Positions 40,525 to 50,799 of a stretch of DNA of 64,000 nt are shown in pieces. Below the pieces are notes generated by a model. That model saw nothing but the letters and a program-made list of their open reading frames with translations. It ran no database searches and was not told the origin of the DNA. The position numbers were made by a program, and so were the translations under genes. Location: NCBI GenBank assembly GCA_026417575.1, contig JAOACZ010000128.1, positions 5,127 to 69,126 of the forward strand, written 5' to 3'. Numbering within the stretch: the first letter of the stretch is position 1; the number at the start of each line of letters is the position of its first letter. This stretch comes from a bacterium (GTDB lineage Bacteria; Auribacterota; UBA3054; JAPLST01).

Positions 40525-41751
40525 TTATTCCCTGGCGAAGGCAGCGACACGGGCGTCTGTGTCGTTCGTCAGGCGCGCGAGAAGAGCACGGGCTGCCTGA
40601 TTTGTTTCCATGCGCAGGCGGAATGCAAGGAAGCGCCGTGTATCTCTATCCTGCTCGCGCACAACTGGCGCGAGGAGGTGAGTGGTACGGGGAAGAGAAG
40701 CGAGGCAATCAATGGCTGCCGCGCGCGCCGTGAACGAGGTGCTGCGCAGAGAGGGCTGAACGTCGGCTAGTTTGGCCGAGAGTTGACCTGGTAAGCGCCA
40801 GAGGGTGAGGACGAGCATTGCTTCTGAGGAGATCGTGTTAATGGTAAACAGAATGGAAGAGGGTTGCTCCCAATTCCAACGGCAGGTATCGCGATCGCGG
40901 TTGCGGTTGGCGCGTAGGGCACGCCGCAACGTGGCGGCGCGCTGATCGGCGGACATTCGGAGGTTATAGACGGCGCGATACACAGGTTTATCCCAGAGGA
41001 ACGCGTAGGGATGCTGGCAGAGTAATTCAAGTGGTTGCAACGCCTGCGGCGCGCGAGAATGATCGAGGAGCACAGCGGCCGTGGTGAGGGCTTCCAGGGT
41101 CGTCCGCACGTCGAAGATCGTGTTGTTTCCAGCGGAGCGGTGTGGGAAGTCTAGGTCGGGAGCAGCTCCTGAGGGAGAAGGTGTGGCGCCCTGTAGATCT
41201 GGAAAAAGCTCTGGCCGAGCACGTACGGCAAACGCCCAAGCTGGTGTGAGGGGTTCGAGGCTACGCACATAGATAACGGGGGGAAGTGTGTGGAGTAAGC
41301 GCGTGATTTCTGCTGCGATCAACTCGTACACAGCAGGGTAGCGTGCGCGGTAGAGAGCCACGCAGGCAGCGGGCGTTAGGCGAAAGTGGTCGCGAATTAC
41401 GCTGTCAGCAGTAGGGTCATGAGTGCGCAGAGTAGCGAGCGCATGCAAGGCGTAGCCACGTGCAATATCAAGACTTTTTGGGTTGACCGTAGCGATTGTA
41501 CCAGCTTCGAACTCGTCACATCGTTGCAAGATGGCAGCGAGGGCGCGTACGCTGCGCTGATCGGGCAATTGAGCGAGGCGTATGGCATACTGCCGGAGTT
41601 CACTTGGAGAGAGAGCCAGGCGAGCGGCGTGCTCATACCGCTCGATTTCAGCCAGCTGGTCAGGGGAGAGAGCTGGCGCTGGGATGGCGCAGAGTACGGC
41701 GAGGAGTGCGCCAAGGAGTGATCGCCAGCGGGGGAATGGGCGGGAGGTCAT
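40525..41751 (-). CDS. Secreted hypothetical protein, helical-repeat-like
   Basis: Start revised to MTSRPFPRWRSLLGALLAVLCAIPAPA (ATGA overlap with the upstream stop at 41748-41751). No recognisable catalytic motif. Confidence 0.55.
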   Translation of the reverse strand: MTSRPFPRWRSLLGALLAVLCAIPAPALSPDQLAEIERYEHAARLALSPSELRQYAIRLAQLPDQRSVRALAAILQRCDEFEAGTIATVNPKSLDIARGYALHALATLRTHDPTADSVIRDHFRLTPAACVALYRARYPAVYELIAAEITRLLHTLPPVIYVRSLEPLTPAWAFAVRARPELFPDLQGATPSPSGAAPDLDFPHRSAGNNTIFDVRTTLEALTTAAVLLDHSRAPQALQPLELLCQHPYAFLWDKPVYRAVYNLRMSADQRAATLRRALRANRNRDRDTCRWNWEQPSSILFTINTISSEAMLVLTLWRLPGQLSAKLADVQPSLRSTSFTARAAAIDCLASLPRTTHLLAPVVREQDRDTRRFLAFRLRMETNQAARALLARLTNDTDARVAAFARE

Positions 41752-44700
41752 GGGGCGCTGGGCGAAGAGGAAAGCAGGATGGTGCGCATGGAGGCGTGGG
41801 TGAGGCGGTGGTTGGCATCGAGCAAGGCGGGGTACGTGTCTGGGGGAAAGACAGCAGGGCGTAGGCGGAGGTCCTGGGTCATGGGGAGGAGGTTGGTAGC
41901 ACTGCAATGCCACTTGGCACTGCAGCGGACGAAGCCAGTTTGTTGGGGGGCGTACCATGTGTACGTGGGCGGAAGTAACTCAGCGTGAGCGAAGGAAGTG
42001 GGCAGGTGTACGTGGGTGGTGATGGTTATTTCGTTGTCGCTGTCCCAGTAATACGGAGTTGAGCGTGTATCAGCCCGCAGGCCGGGCAAGCTGATTAAGC
42101 CGGCAGGCAAGGTGCCGTACAAACTTGTGCCGTCACGTACCAAGTAGCGTGGCACGTGGACAGTAAATTCCTCGACGCCCGGGTAGCGCTCGTGCTGGGT
42201 GTGGAGCGGGCCGATGGCGCGGGCGGCTTGAGAGATGTTAGCGACGAGTTCCAGGTAATGGCGACGGCGCTGTTCGGGCGTCATCTCAGTGTACTGTTTG
42301 CGAAACGCGCCGAACGAGGTGCCGTAGTAGACGCGCCGATACGTGAGGCGCGCGTCGCCTTGCTCGTCGACGGAGAGGTCGTAGAACAGTTCGGTGTGAG
42401 AGCGGCAGCGGCGGGGTGCGCGCACGCGAGTAAGCGTACCGGCCGGCAAGAGCAGCGCGGGCCGGCCATCATGACGTGTGACACCTAATTCGGCGTATTG
42501 GTCGGTGTCATTTAAGTACCACGTTTCGGCGCCACACAGGACGCGGACGAGGACGGTGGGGAACACGTGACGTTGCGGGCAGAGGAGGCGTGGGTTGTTT
42601 GGCCGGGTGAGGCGTGGCTCACTTGAGGCCAGGACGAATTCAGCTGTAACGCCGATGGCGCGAAGCATAGAGAGGTAAAGGATCGCGCGGTCTGCGCTAT
42701 GACCATAGCCATCATGGAGGGTGCGATCGGCGGGGGAGAGGGAGGTGAGTGGCATGGCAGGGAAGGGAGGCCCGGCGGCACGGATGTGTGTGGCGATGAA
42801 ATCACGCACCGCGCGGATTTTGGCGCGGCGACACGCGAGCCCCGCGGTGAGGGCTTGTGCGCGGGCGATCGCAGCGGTTTGCCCCTCGGTAGCACGGAGC
42901 AACGCGGCGTGCACTTCCGCTGCGTAGCGCTTCCAGGTACCGCAGGAGGCCACGACACCTGGGGCGAACATCCAGAGCGGGGGCTGATTTGGTTCTGGAG
43001 TGATTGGCGGTTGATTGGTCATTTCCCAGGTGTACTCGATGACAGCGTGGTTGCTGGCGATGGTTTCCATGACCTGGCCGCCGGGGGTGAAACAACGTGT
43101 GAAAGGCAACTCGAGCGGGACGCGGCAGCGCACACGCTTACGCTGGATCGGATCGAACGTGCGGAAGAGTGCGTAAAGGTCGCATGAGGGCCGGTGGCGC
43201 TGTGTGCGCTCCACGCAATACTCGATCGTACTGCCGATTTCCACGCCGGGCAAATTTACGACGAGGATTTTCTCGCCTGGGTAGCGCGGGGCCCTCCCTA
43301 CCCATGGGGCGTCCATGTAGTTGATTTCATTGGTGCTGGCAGTGAAGAGGCGGCCATCGGGCGTTGTCACGCGGGCGTAGTGGAGGGTGACCGTGTCCCA
43401 CACAGGATTGAAGGGAACTTTCAATTCGGCATGTTGTTTCTTACCGGCGTAGGTGAGGATCTGCTTTTTGACGCGTGTGAGGACACGTTGGGTGTGCGCA
43501 TCATGGACTTCATACAGTTCATCGGCGTCGTGAATAACGACGTCTCCGCGAGATGGGTCGGCCTCGCGCGCGAAAATAGCGCGTTTGCGGCGGTCGAACT
43601 CGATTGAGCGTAGAGCGTCTTTCAAGGCACGGTAGTCCTGAGGCGAGAACTCGACCAGGCGGAGTTGCTGGAGGGCGTGCGCATGGAGAACGCCGTCACG
43701 TACGGTCATCTGAGCCTGCCACACGAGGGAGGACGAGATGATGGCTTCGATGTGGGGGAGCGTGTGGACCGGCCCGGCCGCGCCATCCATGGTCAAACGG
43801 ATATTCTCGGAGACGCCGCAGGCGTACTTTGTTTCGAGGGGATACTTGCGCTCGTCCAGACCGGTTGCGCCAATGACGAAGTTGATCAGGCCGACGGAGG
43901 TGCCGAACCACAGAGGCGGCAACATGACGACTTGGGGGCCGACGATGGGGAATTCACGGGCTTCGTAGGTTAGGTGGACATGGAGGGGCTTGCTCATGTC
44001 GCGCAGTTCTCGTGGCGTGATTTCGCACGCGAGGATGCGTGCGCCAGGCACGACACGTTTGACGAGACCTTCAAACATGTGGCGGCGTTCTATTGGTTTC
44101 ATGCGCACCAGGGCGCTGCGGTACGCGTTGTCGTTAATACCGTCAAAGGAAAGCCGGGTTTGGGCGCGCAGCGTACCGTCGCGAGAAAGCTCCCCGGTCG
44201 TTTTGATGCGCATCATATTGGCCTCGGCTGGTATGATTGGGGAGACGCGTAAACAGTCGCCCGCGGGCTTCGCAACTAAATAACTCCGATCACATAAGTA
44301 CGCAGGGAGAAGTTCTTTGGTGGTTTCGTCGGTAGGATCCATGAGTGTGTACGAGCCGTCGGCTTCTTCCACAGCGACGACGGCGTGATTAAAGAAGGGC
44401 TGAGGCACCTCAGGATCTTTCTTGGGACCGATGTACATGAGGACAGGGTAGGCTTTGAAGCCAGCGAGGCGGAGCAAGGCAACTAGTAATGCGCCTTTGT
44501 CGCGACAGACACCGTATTTATTTTCGAAGGTGACGCAGACATCGTGGGGTTCGTAGCCGGGAGCTTCAGTTTCGGTGGTGATACCCATGTAGCGAATGTT
44601 TTGAGAGACGTAGTAGAAGAGGGCTTCGAGGCGGGCGCGGTCGTTTGTCAGGCCGGCGGTGAGTTCGGCGACGAAGTTGCTCATTGCGGGGGTGGTGGCG

Positions 44701-45539
44701 GCGAGGCGTGGAGCACAGAGGGCGTGATACCAGCGGGAGACCGTGGCCCAATCAGGAATGGTACTTACGAGCAAACGTTGTACGACGGTGTGGAGCGCGG
44801 GCATGTTTGGTTCTGGAAACATTCGGGGCACATTGCGTACTTTCCAGAGGTAGAAGTTAGTGCCGCCAGCCGAGTGCATGCTTGCGACGACGGTATTGGA
44901 CACAGGGGCCTTAATCACGAGGTGAACGAGGGGACGGCTGGTGGGCCCCCAAATTTCGTAGGTGCTATGGAGGATTGGTGAAGTGAGTTCGAAGAGGGTG
45001 TAATCACTGAAGGTGTCGGGCATGCGGGCTTTGGTGGTAATACGACGCACGACGTAGCGGCACAAGTCACCTGGTTCGAGCCCGGGGATGCTGACATGGA
45101 GGACTTTGCTCTGGGGGTCGAAAATATTTTTGTTCATCTGTGCATCATCTATGGTGATGCGACTTTGGGCGCTGAGATTGACAGGGATGATGCGGCCGTC
45201 TGGTTTGAGGAGTTCCACGAGCTCCACCATGGCGGTGCCGTAGCTGACATTAAAATGAATGGAGAGTGTGCGATTATCGCGCGCGCCTTTATCGGTGAGG
45301 ACTTTCACACAAGTGTCGGCGAGGCTTTCCCAGGTTCCGTTCGCGGCGTAGATGATGCGGGTGTGGTCGTCGACAAGGACGTCATCGGCGTCAGGGAAGG
45401 CAGCGCGGGTAATGTGAGCGCTCGTACGTTGCAAGGATGCGCGGTCGAGCAGGCCGATGGAGGGGGTGCTAAGGGCAAGGTGGGCTCCCAAGAGCACCGC
45501 GACGAGCACGCTCACGGCGTGCTTAGATGCAGTCTTCAT
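41748..45539 (-). CDS. Secreted DUF3857 / transglutaminase-like / DUF3858 protein
   Basis: 1263 aa with a signal peptide. The transglutaminase-core triad context is YGVCRDKGALLVALLRLAG ... FNHAVVAV ... LMDPTDE. Confidence 0.7.
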   Translation of the reverse strand: MKTASKHAVSVLVAVLLGAHLALSTPSIGLLDRASLQRTSAHITRAAFPDADDVLVDDHTRIIYAANGTWESLADTCVKVLTDKGARDNRTLSIHFNVSYGTAMVELVELLKPDGRIIPVNLSAQSRITIDDAQMNKNIFDPQSKVLHVSIPGLEPGDLCRYVVRRITTKARMPDTFSDYTLFELTSPILHSTYEIWGPTSRPLVHLVIKAPVSNTVVASMHSAGGTNFYLWKVRNVPRMFPEPNMPALHTVVQRLLVSTIPDWATVSRWYHALCAPRLAATTPAMSNFVAELTAGLTNDRARLEALFYYVSQNIRYMGITTETEAPGYEPHDVCVTFENKYGVCRDKGALLVALLRLAGFKAYPVLMYIGPKKDPEVPQPFFNHAVVAVEEADGSYTLMDPTDETTKELLPAYLCDRSYLVAKPAGDCLRVSPIIPAEANMMRIKTTGELSRDGTLRAQTRLSFDGINDNAYRSALVRMKPIERRHMFEGLVKRVVPGARILACEITPRELRDMSKPLHVHLTYEAREFPIVGPQVVMLPPLWFGTSVGLINFVIGATGLDERKYPLETKYACGVSENIRLTMDGAAGPVHTLPHIEAIISSSLVWQAQMTVRDGVLHAHALQQLRLVEFSPQDYRALKDALRSIEFDRRKRAIFAREADPSRGDVVIHDADELYEVHDAHTQRVLTRVKKQILTYAGKKQHAELKVPFNPVWDTVTLHYARVTTPDGRLFTASTNEINYMDAPWVGRAPRYPGEKILVVNLPGVEIGSTIEYCVERTQRHRPSCDLYALFRTFDPIQRKRVRCRVPLELPFTRCFTPGGQVMETIASNHAVIEYTWEMTNQPPITPEPNQPPLWMFAPGVVASCGTWKRYAAEVHAALLRATEGQTAAIARAQALTAGLACRRAKIRAVRDFIATHIRAAGPPFPAMPLTSLSPADRTLHDGYGHSADRAILYLSMLRAIGVTAEFVLASSEPRLTRPNNPRLLCPQRHVFPTVLVRVLCGAETWYLNDTDQYAELGVTRHDGRPALLLPAGTLTRVRAPRRCRSHTELFYDLSVDEQGDARLTYRRVYYGTSFGAFRKQYTEMTPEQRRRHYLELVANISQAARAIGPLHTQHERYPGVEEFTVHVPRYLVRDGTSLYGTLPAGLISLPGLRADTRSTPYYWDSDNEITITTHVHLPTSFAHAELLPPTYTWYAPQQTGFVRCSAKWHCSATNLLPMTQDLRLRPAVFPPDTYPALLDANHRLTHASMRTILLSSSPSAP

Positions 45540-45564
45540 AGCGAAGCCTCGTGGTTACGCGTTC

Positions 45565-45593
45565 ATTATACTGATTCTGCCTTGCACAGGTAA
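45565..45593 (-). promoter_or_regulatory. sigma70-type promoter of the DUF3857 gene
   Basis: Minus strand reads TTACCT-17 nt-TATAAT, 25 nt upstream of the ATG at 45539, with ACGAGG as SD. Confidence 0.45.
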
Positions 45594-45815
45594 AGGAGAG
45601 GCGGCCGGCAGGCGAGAGATGTAGCGATGCAGCGGGAGGGAGAGGAACGCGTGCTGATTGTGTGACGGAGCGGCGATTTTTGCGCAAAACTTGCTCGGGA
45701 AAGTGTTGCATGGAGAGCTTTCAACAATTGATGGTTTTGACGTGAGTGATGCGGAGATGGGGGGACGAACATTGCGGCGGAAGCGATCAAGCGACAAAAA
45801 GAGGAGATTGCAGAT

Positions 45816-46053
45816 GACAAAAAATGTCGTTTGAGACGGCGAGGTGTTGAGGTAGGTAGTGCGAAAGCGACGCGGGCAACGGGCTGGTTCCTGCAAAGGC
45901 TTCAGTCAACGAAAAATGTCGTTTGCAATCGGCAAAAAGTGTCGATTGAAGAGCGGGTAGTGGCGGCGTATGGAGTTCAGATGAACCTGGCTGGGGAGTG
46001 GAACAAATGTTCTTTGGCCAGCAAATTGGAACGACGAAAAATGTCGTTTGCAG
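45816..46053. repeat. Cluster of 4-5 copies of a 14-17 nt dyad-symmetric motif (core AAAAATGTCGTTTG)
   Basis: Copies: 45816-45836 gacaaaaaatgtcgtttgaga; 45907-45928 caacgaaaaatgtcgtttgcaa; 45931-45950 ggcaaaaagtgtcgattgaa; 46033-46053 gacgaaaaatgtcgtttgcag. A degenerate palindrome gaacaaatgttc lies at 46001-46012. Confidence 0.7.
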
Positions 46054-46132
46054 AGGAGCTGAAAGGCCGATTAAGAGGATACGAGAGGTGGTTGACAGCG
46101 ATTTGATCGCGCGGGAGGGCAGGGCCGGCGCG

Positions 46133-49100
46133 TTACTGTTTTTTCTCCGGGGGGGGTAAGGGGATGTTGTCGAGCAAACCGCGGATCATCTTCACACCCG
46201 TGCCGAGTTCCTTGCGAATAGCTTCCGTAGGGAGTTTGTCGATGACATTTTGGAACAGGGCGCGCGGGTCGAGGCCGAGGAGGGGCATGAATTGGTCAAG
46301 TAAGGAGTTGTAGGGCAAGCCAATTTGTGGCTCTTTGAAAGTCCCGGTGATGGGGATGGGGAGGGGCAAATCGTAGTAGCGGCCGAGCTCGCCCGAGAAA
46401 GGCAGTTTATTATCGAGGAGATCGGTGATGCCTTTGGCGGTGAGGGCGAGATGCATCATCAGGTCGAGTTGCTGAGCGAAGGTGACGTTGCCACGGAGAC
46501 TGATGCGCGCGAGTGGGCCCTGCAAGGCGACAGAGGTAAGATGGACGATGCCGGTGTGAATGGAGATGCGAGCGAGGGCATCGCCGACAGTATAATTCTC
46601 GAGGGCTTCGAGATGCAGGGCGCGACCGACGGCGGAGAGGACGGGGACGTTGACGAGGCGGCCATTTGTCATATCGGCGTTGAGTGAGCCGCGGAGGTTG
46701 CGGGAGAGACTTGGGAGACGGATGCCGCGACCGGCGAGTGTGAGCTCTGTGGCGAGCAGGCCGTCAATGGTATCGCGGCGGTCTGGGGTGAATGTATTGA
46801 AGATAGGTTGGAGGGGGAGGTTGGTGAGGGAGAGGGCGAGGCGATAAGCGTAGCCAGTGAGAGTGAGATCAGCGTCTGCGGAGAGGTCAATCCGGCCGCC
46901 ATTGAGGCGGAGTTCTGGTGTACGGAGGGTGAGTTGGCCATTGTTGAGAGAGAGGTCGAGGTAGAGGGGGAGGAAGAGGAGCTCGCGGGCGCGGAGTTCT
47001 TCAATGCGTACGCGGACAGAGGCGTCACGGCCGTAGAGGGGGAGGGGTGGAGGTTCAGGTGCTGGGGTGGTGGTAGGCGGAGTGTGGGGGGGTGAAGATT
47101 CGCGGGGAGTGGGAGTGGGCTGAGGGGGTTTTGGGGGCATAAAGGTATCGAGCAACACGGTTGCATCGAATTGAGGGGAGGAGAGGGTAAGTGAGGTGGG
47201 AGCGTTGGTGGGCACGAGCATGACTTCGCCGTGGAGGCTGAGTTTGTTGTCGCTGAAGCGGGCGGGCTGGAGGTCGAGGGTACAGCGGGGGAGGCGAAGG
47301 AGGTCGGGGCGGAGTGCGGCGTGAAGATTGAGGCGCAGCTTATCCCAGTCTGAGGATGTGCGGCGGGCGGTGTTTTCGATGGCGAGGTCGAGGCCGATTT
47401 GTTGGGCTTTGCGGCTGGGGTCAGCTTTTTCGGTGAGAAGCTGGAGGGTAATATCGAGGCCTGCGAGGCGAGGGTTCTGTCTTTTTGGGTCGAGAAGTGG
47501 TTGGAGGACGGTGCTGGAGAGTTTAGCGATGGCGAGAGCAAGGCGATTTGTGCCGGTGGGCAAGTCATAGAAACCACCGAGAGCGATTTGGCCAGCGGGA
47601 ATGTTGTCGTTAGCGATTTGGGCACTGGCGCGGTCTATGACGATGTGCTTGAACTGAGACAGGTTGGCGGCCCAATTGAGGGCGAGATCGAGGTCATTCC
47701 AGTGCGCCTGGTGGAGCTGGAGATTGAGGTCGCCGATAGAGAGGGAGCCACGCGCGGCGAGTGAGGAACCGAAATCGACAACATCGCAGGTGGCGCGGGC
47801 GGAGCAGACACCGGCATTGAAGCGAGAGGGGGTTGAGCGGAGGAAGGCGTTAAGTTGGGATAGATCAAAACGGTCGAGGACGAGCTCGAGGGAGGCTTTT
47901 TCGGAGGTAGCGCGGCGGGCAGCGGTTTTCCAGCAGAAGGTGACGGGTTGGAGGGTACGGGCGGTAAGCAACGTACGTTGGTGTTGGGCTGCGGTGATGA
48001 GGAGATCGGGGAGGGCGAGTTGGCCGAGACGGAGATCGAGAGTGGTGGAGGTGCGAGCGGTGAGGTCGAGCGGGGGCAAGAAAGAGCCATCGGGGGCACG
48101 CAGGCGGAGTTGTGTGAGGCGAGCGGAGAGCTGGGCGGTGAGGGTCTGGGCGTCGGCGCGAGCGAGGGTAGCGAGGGTCACATCGGCGCGAGTGTCACTG
48201 ATGTCGAGCGGTGCGGAAGGCCCGAGCAGGGCCTGCCAGAACGGGCTGGCGTTAAGTTTTAACATGAGTTGATTGTTAATGAGCTGCTGGGCGACGTCAA
48301 GCGAGCCTGTGAGGGAGAGGAAGGCGAGGAGGTCGTTCTGCCAGCGCAGGGTGGCGTCACAGCGGCTCAATTCGAAGCGATCCACACCGCGCTGATGGAG
48401 GTCGATGGAGCAGAGCAGGGTGAGTGGCGTGACATCAAATTGATCGAGGCGACCGAGCAAATTAGAGGCAGTGCAAGAGAAAGTGAGGGAAGACGGGATG
48501 ATGGTGTCTTCAAAGCGCGTATCGAGGCGCAAAGAGAGGGGGACGCGGGAGAGGAGGATGCGGTGGCCATCGGTGAAGGCGAGGGAAGCATCGAGGACAA
48601 GTGAGCCGCGGCGATGGGGGCCGATGCGCTGGGCGGTGAGAGAAAGGCCGGTGATATCGGCATGGGTTCCGGAGAGATCGAAGTAGGTGATGCGGGCATT
48701 GCGGACACGGAGTTCACCGATTGCGACGGGGACGGGGATATTGGGCAAGCGCGGGGGCGGGATGGGTTGTTCGGCACGTGGTGGGCGGGGTGGTGGGGTG
48801 GGGGGCTCGGCGGGTGCTTCTGGGGGGCGCGCGGCGAGACCGATGACGGGGCGGTCAATGATTATGCGATCAATGTGGAGGGGGGAGTCGAGGAGGGCGG
48901 GCAATGTATAACGGACATCGAGTGAGTGAACTTCGATTAGCACGTTGGTCGCGGCGTCGTCGGGCGAGATTTGCTGGATCCGCAGGCCTTCGAGCGCCAG
49001 CGATGACCAGAGGCGTAGGCGCCAGCCTGCGAGACTAACATGATAGGGCGTGAAGCGATTCACTATCGGGACAACGATCCTGCGGACAACAAAGGAGGAG

Positions 49101-49192
49101 TGAATCGCGAGAACAATCAGTACAAGCAGCACCACAACCGCGCCGCCGCCGCCGCCGACGATCCGTAGAACACGCCTGAGCCAACGTTTCAT
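46133..49192 (-). CDS. AsmA-like / DUF748-type large envelope protein
   Basis: 1019 aa. N-terminal TM anchor (RIVGGGGGAVVVLLVLIVLAI), a long beta-rich body, two Pro-rich linkers, and an AsmA-like C-terminal region. Family assignment is by architecture. Confidence 0.55.
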   Translation of the reverse strand: MKRWLRRVLRIVGGGGGAVVVLLVLIVLAIHSSFVVRRIVVPIVNRFTPYHVSLAGWRLRLWSSLALEGLRIQQISPDDAATNVLIEVHSLDVRYTLPALLDSPLHIDRIIIDRPVIGLAARPPEAPAEPPTPPPRPPRAEQPIPPPRLPNIPVPVAIGELRVRNARITYFDLSGTHADITGLSLTAQRIGPHRRGSLVLDASLAFTDGHRILLSRVPLSLRLDTRFEDTIIPSSLTFSCTASNLLGRLDQFDVTPLTLLCSIDLHQRGVDRFELSRCDATLRWQNDLLAFLSLTGSLDVAQQLINNQLMLKLNASPFWQALLGPSAPLDISDTRADVTLATLARADAQTLTAQLSARLTQLRLRAPDGSFLPPLDLTARTSTTLDLRLGQLALPDLLITAAQHQRTLLTARTLQPVTFCWKTAARRATSEKASLELVLDRFDLSQLNAFLRSTPSRFNAGVCSARATCDVVDFGSSLAARGSLSIGDLNLQLHQAHWNDLDLALNWAANLSQFKHIVIDRASAQIANDNIPAGQIALGGFYDLPTGTNRLALAIAKLSSTVLQPLLDPKRQNPRLAGLDITLQLLTEKADPSRKAQQIGLDLAIENTARRTSSDWDKLRLNLHAALRPDLLRLPRCTLDLQPARFSDNKLSLHGEVMLVPTNAPTSLTLSSPQFDATVLLDTFMPPKPPQPTPTPRESSPPHTPPTTTPAPEPPPLPLYGRDASVRVRIEELRARELLFLPLYLDLSLNNGQLTLRTPELRLNGGRIDLSADADLTLTGYAYRLALSLTNLPLQPIFNTFTPDRRDTIDGLLATELTLAGRGIRLPSLSRNLRGSLNADMTNGRLVNVPVLSAVGRALHLEALENYTVGDALARISIHTGIVHLTSVALQGPLARISLRGNVTFAQQLDLMMHLALTAKGITDLLDNKLPFSGELGRYYDLPLPIPITGTFKEPQIGLPYNSLLDQFMPLLGLDPRALFQNVIDKLPTEAIRKELGTGVKMIRGLLDNIPLPPPEKKQ

Positions 49193-50781
49193 GGCGATGT
49201 GCTCTCTGGCTGAAGGATTAAGAATGTTGGCAGTCCTTTCACGCCGAAGTAGGCCAGGATCTCTTTTGTCGGGGACTGGGTAGGAACTTCAGCTATGTAC
49301 TTAATTTTAATATAGCGCACTAAGCGCTCGTTCACCCGTGCATTTCGGAAGGTGGTTGCGTCCATGGCGAGACAGTTTTTACACCAGGATGCCCAGAAGT
49401 CGAGGAACACCGGCTGGCGTGTGCGTTGAGCGATAGTAAGGCCTTCGACGAGAGAAGTTACCCAGCCGGGATGAGCCGACGGCGTTGGGGAAACGACGCG
49501 CGAGCGTGCGCGCAAGAGACGAACGCCCTCATACCCATACCAAAGCGCAATAATGAAGATAAGCGCGCCGAATGCGTATTTGACCTTGTTCATCCACGCA
49601 CCAGGCTTCGGCAAAAGGGTCAAGCCAGCCCCGGCGAGCGGCCAGGGTAAAGCCATGCCAAGCCCCAAGATGAATGGAAGGAGCATACCCGCCCATAGAC
49701 CGCGCGCGTACATGTCCATCGCCAGCACGAGAACTTGAATGACGACAGGGGCGACACATGCGCCAGCTAAAAGGGCAGCGATGGCGCCTAGCACAAAGGC
49801 CACGATCAACGATCCTTGCTTTGGTGCGACGGCGATCTGCCCCCGATACCGTGTGAAGTCGATGGTGATTACATCACACATAGCGAGTGCCAGGACGCCA
49901 AACAAGAGAGCGACGGCAAGATTGAACCATGGTGAGGCGTTAAGCGTGCCAAACTGAGCCCCAGTCAGTGCTACGACCACGCCCAGGGTACCGTAAGCGA
50001 GGGCCATACCGGCGCCGTACATGGCGCCGAGGAAGAAACCGCGCATGCGTGAACCCGCACGCGCGCCCGCACCAAGTACGGCGAGATTGACGGGAATCAT
50101 GGGCAACACGCAGGGCGTTAAATTTAGTGCGACACCACCGAGCAGGATGAGCAGTAAAGAAAGCCAGATACGTTGGCGCTGGAAGCGACTGAGGACAGAT
50201 TCTTCAGGTGGGGCGGAGCCTTCTGCACGATCCAGGAAAGCGAGAAAGTCACGGGCTGCGAGGTAACCGGAGGCTGTGCCGACGACGCGGAATCCACGCG
50301 CGAGAGTCTGCCAGTCTGCATCGAGAGGGGCCCCCAGTGTTGCAGGACGAACGACCGCGGATATCATGCCGTTGGGGCTGACGTTAAAGTGCCGTGTTAC
50401 GGGCGGGAAGCAAATCAGCTCGGCAGCGCTGCAGCCTTGGTACTGAACCGTCACAACCGTGGTGGTGGGTGGGCCTGTCAGGAAGTAGCGCGCTGTGAAA
50501 GATTCGTGATAGAGCGAGGTTTCTTCTTGTGTAAGGGGATCGAGTTTCCTGACGGGTGCAGGGATGTCGAGCGGTGCGAGCACGTGCGGCGGATTCGCGG
50601 CTACGCGGAGTGTATGCGCATAGAGATAATGCTGGGGTGGAACGACGTAGGTAACCGTGAGGACCGTACCGGAGGGTGTCTGTGCTTCGGAGGCAATGTG
50701 CACATCGAAAGGTGCATCGGCGCGGACAGCAAGTGCAGGAATCGCGACAAGCAAGACGAGTGAGCACCACATGAAGCGCAT
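49189..50781 (-). CDS. dsbD: Thiol:disulfide interchange protein DsbD (three-domain)
   Basis: Alpha domain YQGCSAAELICFPP, TM domain LNLTPCVLPMIPV and AGACVAPV, C-terminal thioredoxin FLDFWASWCKNCLAMD. Confidence 0.8.
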   Translation of the reverse strand: MRFMWCSLVLLVAIPALAVRADAPFDVHIASEAQTPSGTVLTVTYVVPPQHYLYAHTLRVAANPPHVLAPLDIPAPVRKLDPLTQEETSLYHESFTARYFLTGPPTTTVVTVQYQGCSAAELICFPPVTRHFNVSPNGMISAVVRPATLGAPLDADWQTLARGFRVVGTASGYLAARDFLAFLDRAEGSAPPEESVLSRFQRQRIWLSLLLILLGGVALNLTPCVLPMIPVNLAVLGAGARAGSRMRGFFLGAMYGAGMALAYGTLGVVVALTGAQFGTLNASPWFNLAVALLFGVLALAMCDVITIDFTRYRGQIAVAPKQGSLIVAFVLGAIAALLAGACVAPVVIQVLVLAMDMYARGLWAGMLLPFILGLGMALPWPLAGAGLTLLPKPGAWMNKVKYAFGALIFIIALWYGYEGVRLLRARSRVVSPTPSAHPGWVTSLVEGLTIAQRTRQPVFLDFWASWCKNCLAMDATTFRNARVNERLVRYIKIKYIAEVPTQSPTKEILAYFGVKGLPTFLILQPESTSP

Positions 50782-50799
50782 GTCGAGGAGTCCCGCCGG

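Noticed and set aside
46033-46053. AACGACGAAAA within the repeat resembles the tmRNA tag-coding sequence (A-N-D-E-N).
   Set aside because: No tRNA-like acceptor/T-arm (GGTTCGA...CCA) or tmRNA pseudoknot context lies nearby. The similarity is an 11-nt coincidence.
45816-46053. The repeat cluster as a mini CRISPR array.
   Set aside because: The repeats are only 14-17 nt, the spacing is irregular (23-93 nt), the copies are imperfect, and there are no cas genes in the window.
45831-46106. 91-aa plus-strand ORF spanning the repeat array.
   Set aside because: The repeated DNA motif is read in different frames in different copies (TKNVVC, QKVSIE, RKMSFA). No SD or promoter is present and the composition is odd. 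The repeats are better explained as non-coding.
46669-47625. 318-aa same-strand overlapping ORF (Ser/Pro/Thr-rich) inside the AsmA-like gene.
   Set aside because: It is an alternative frame of a stop-poor region with extreme low complexity and no start context. The 1019-aa frame has a TM anchor and coherent architecture.
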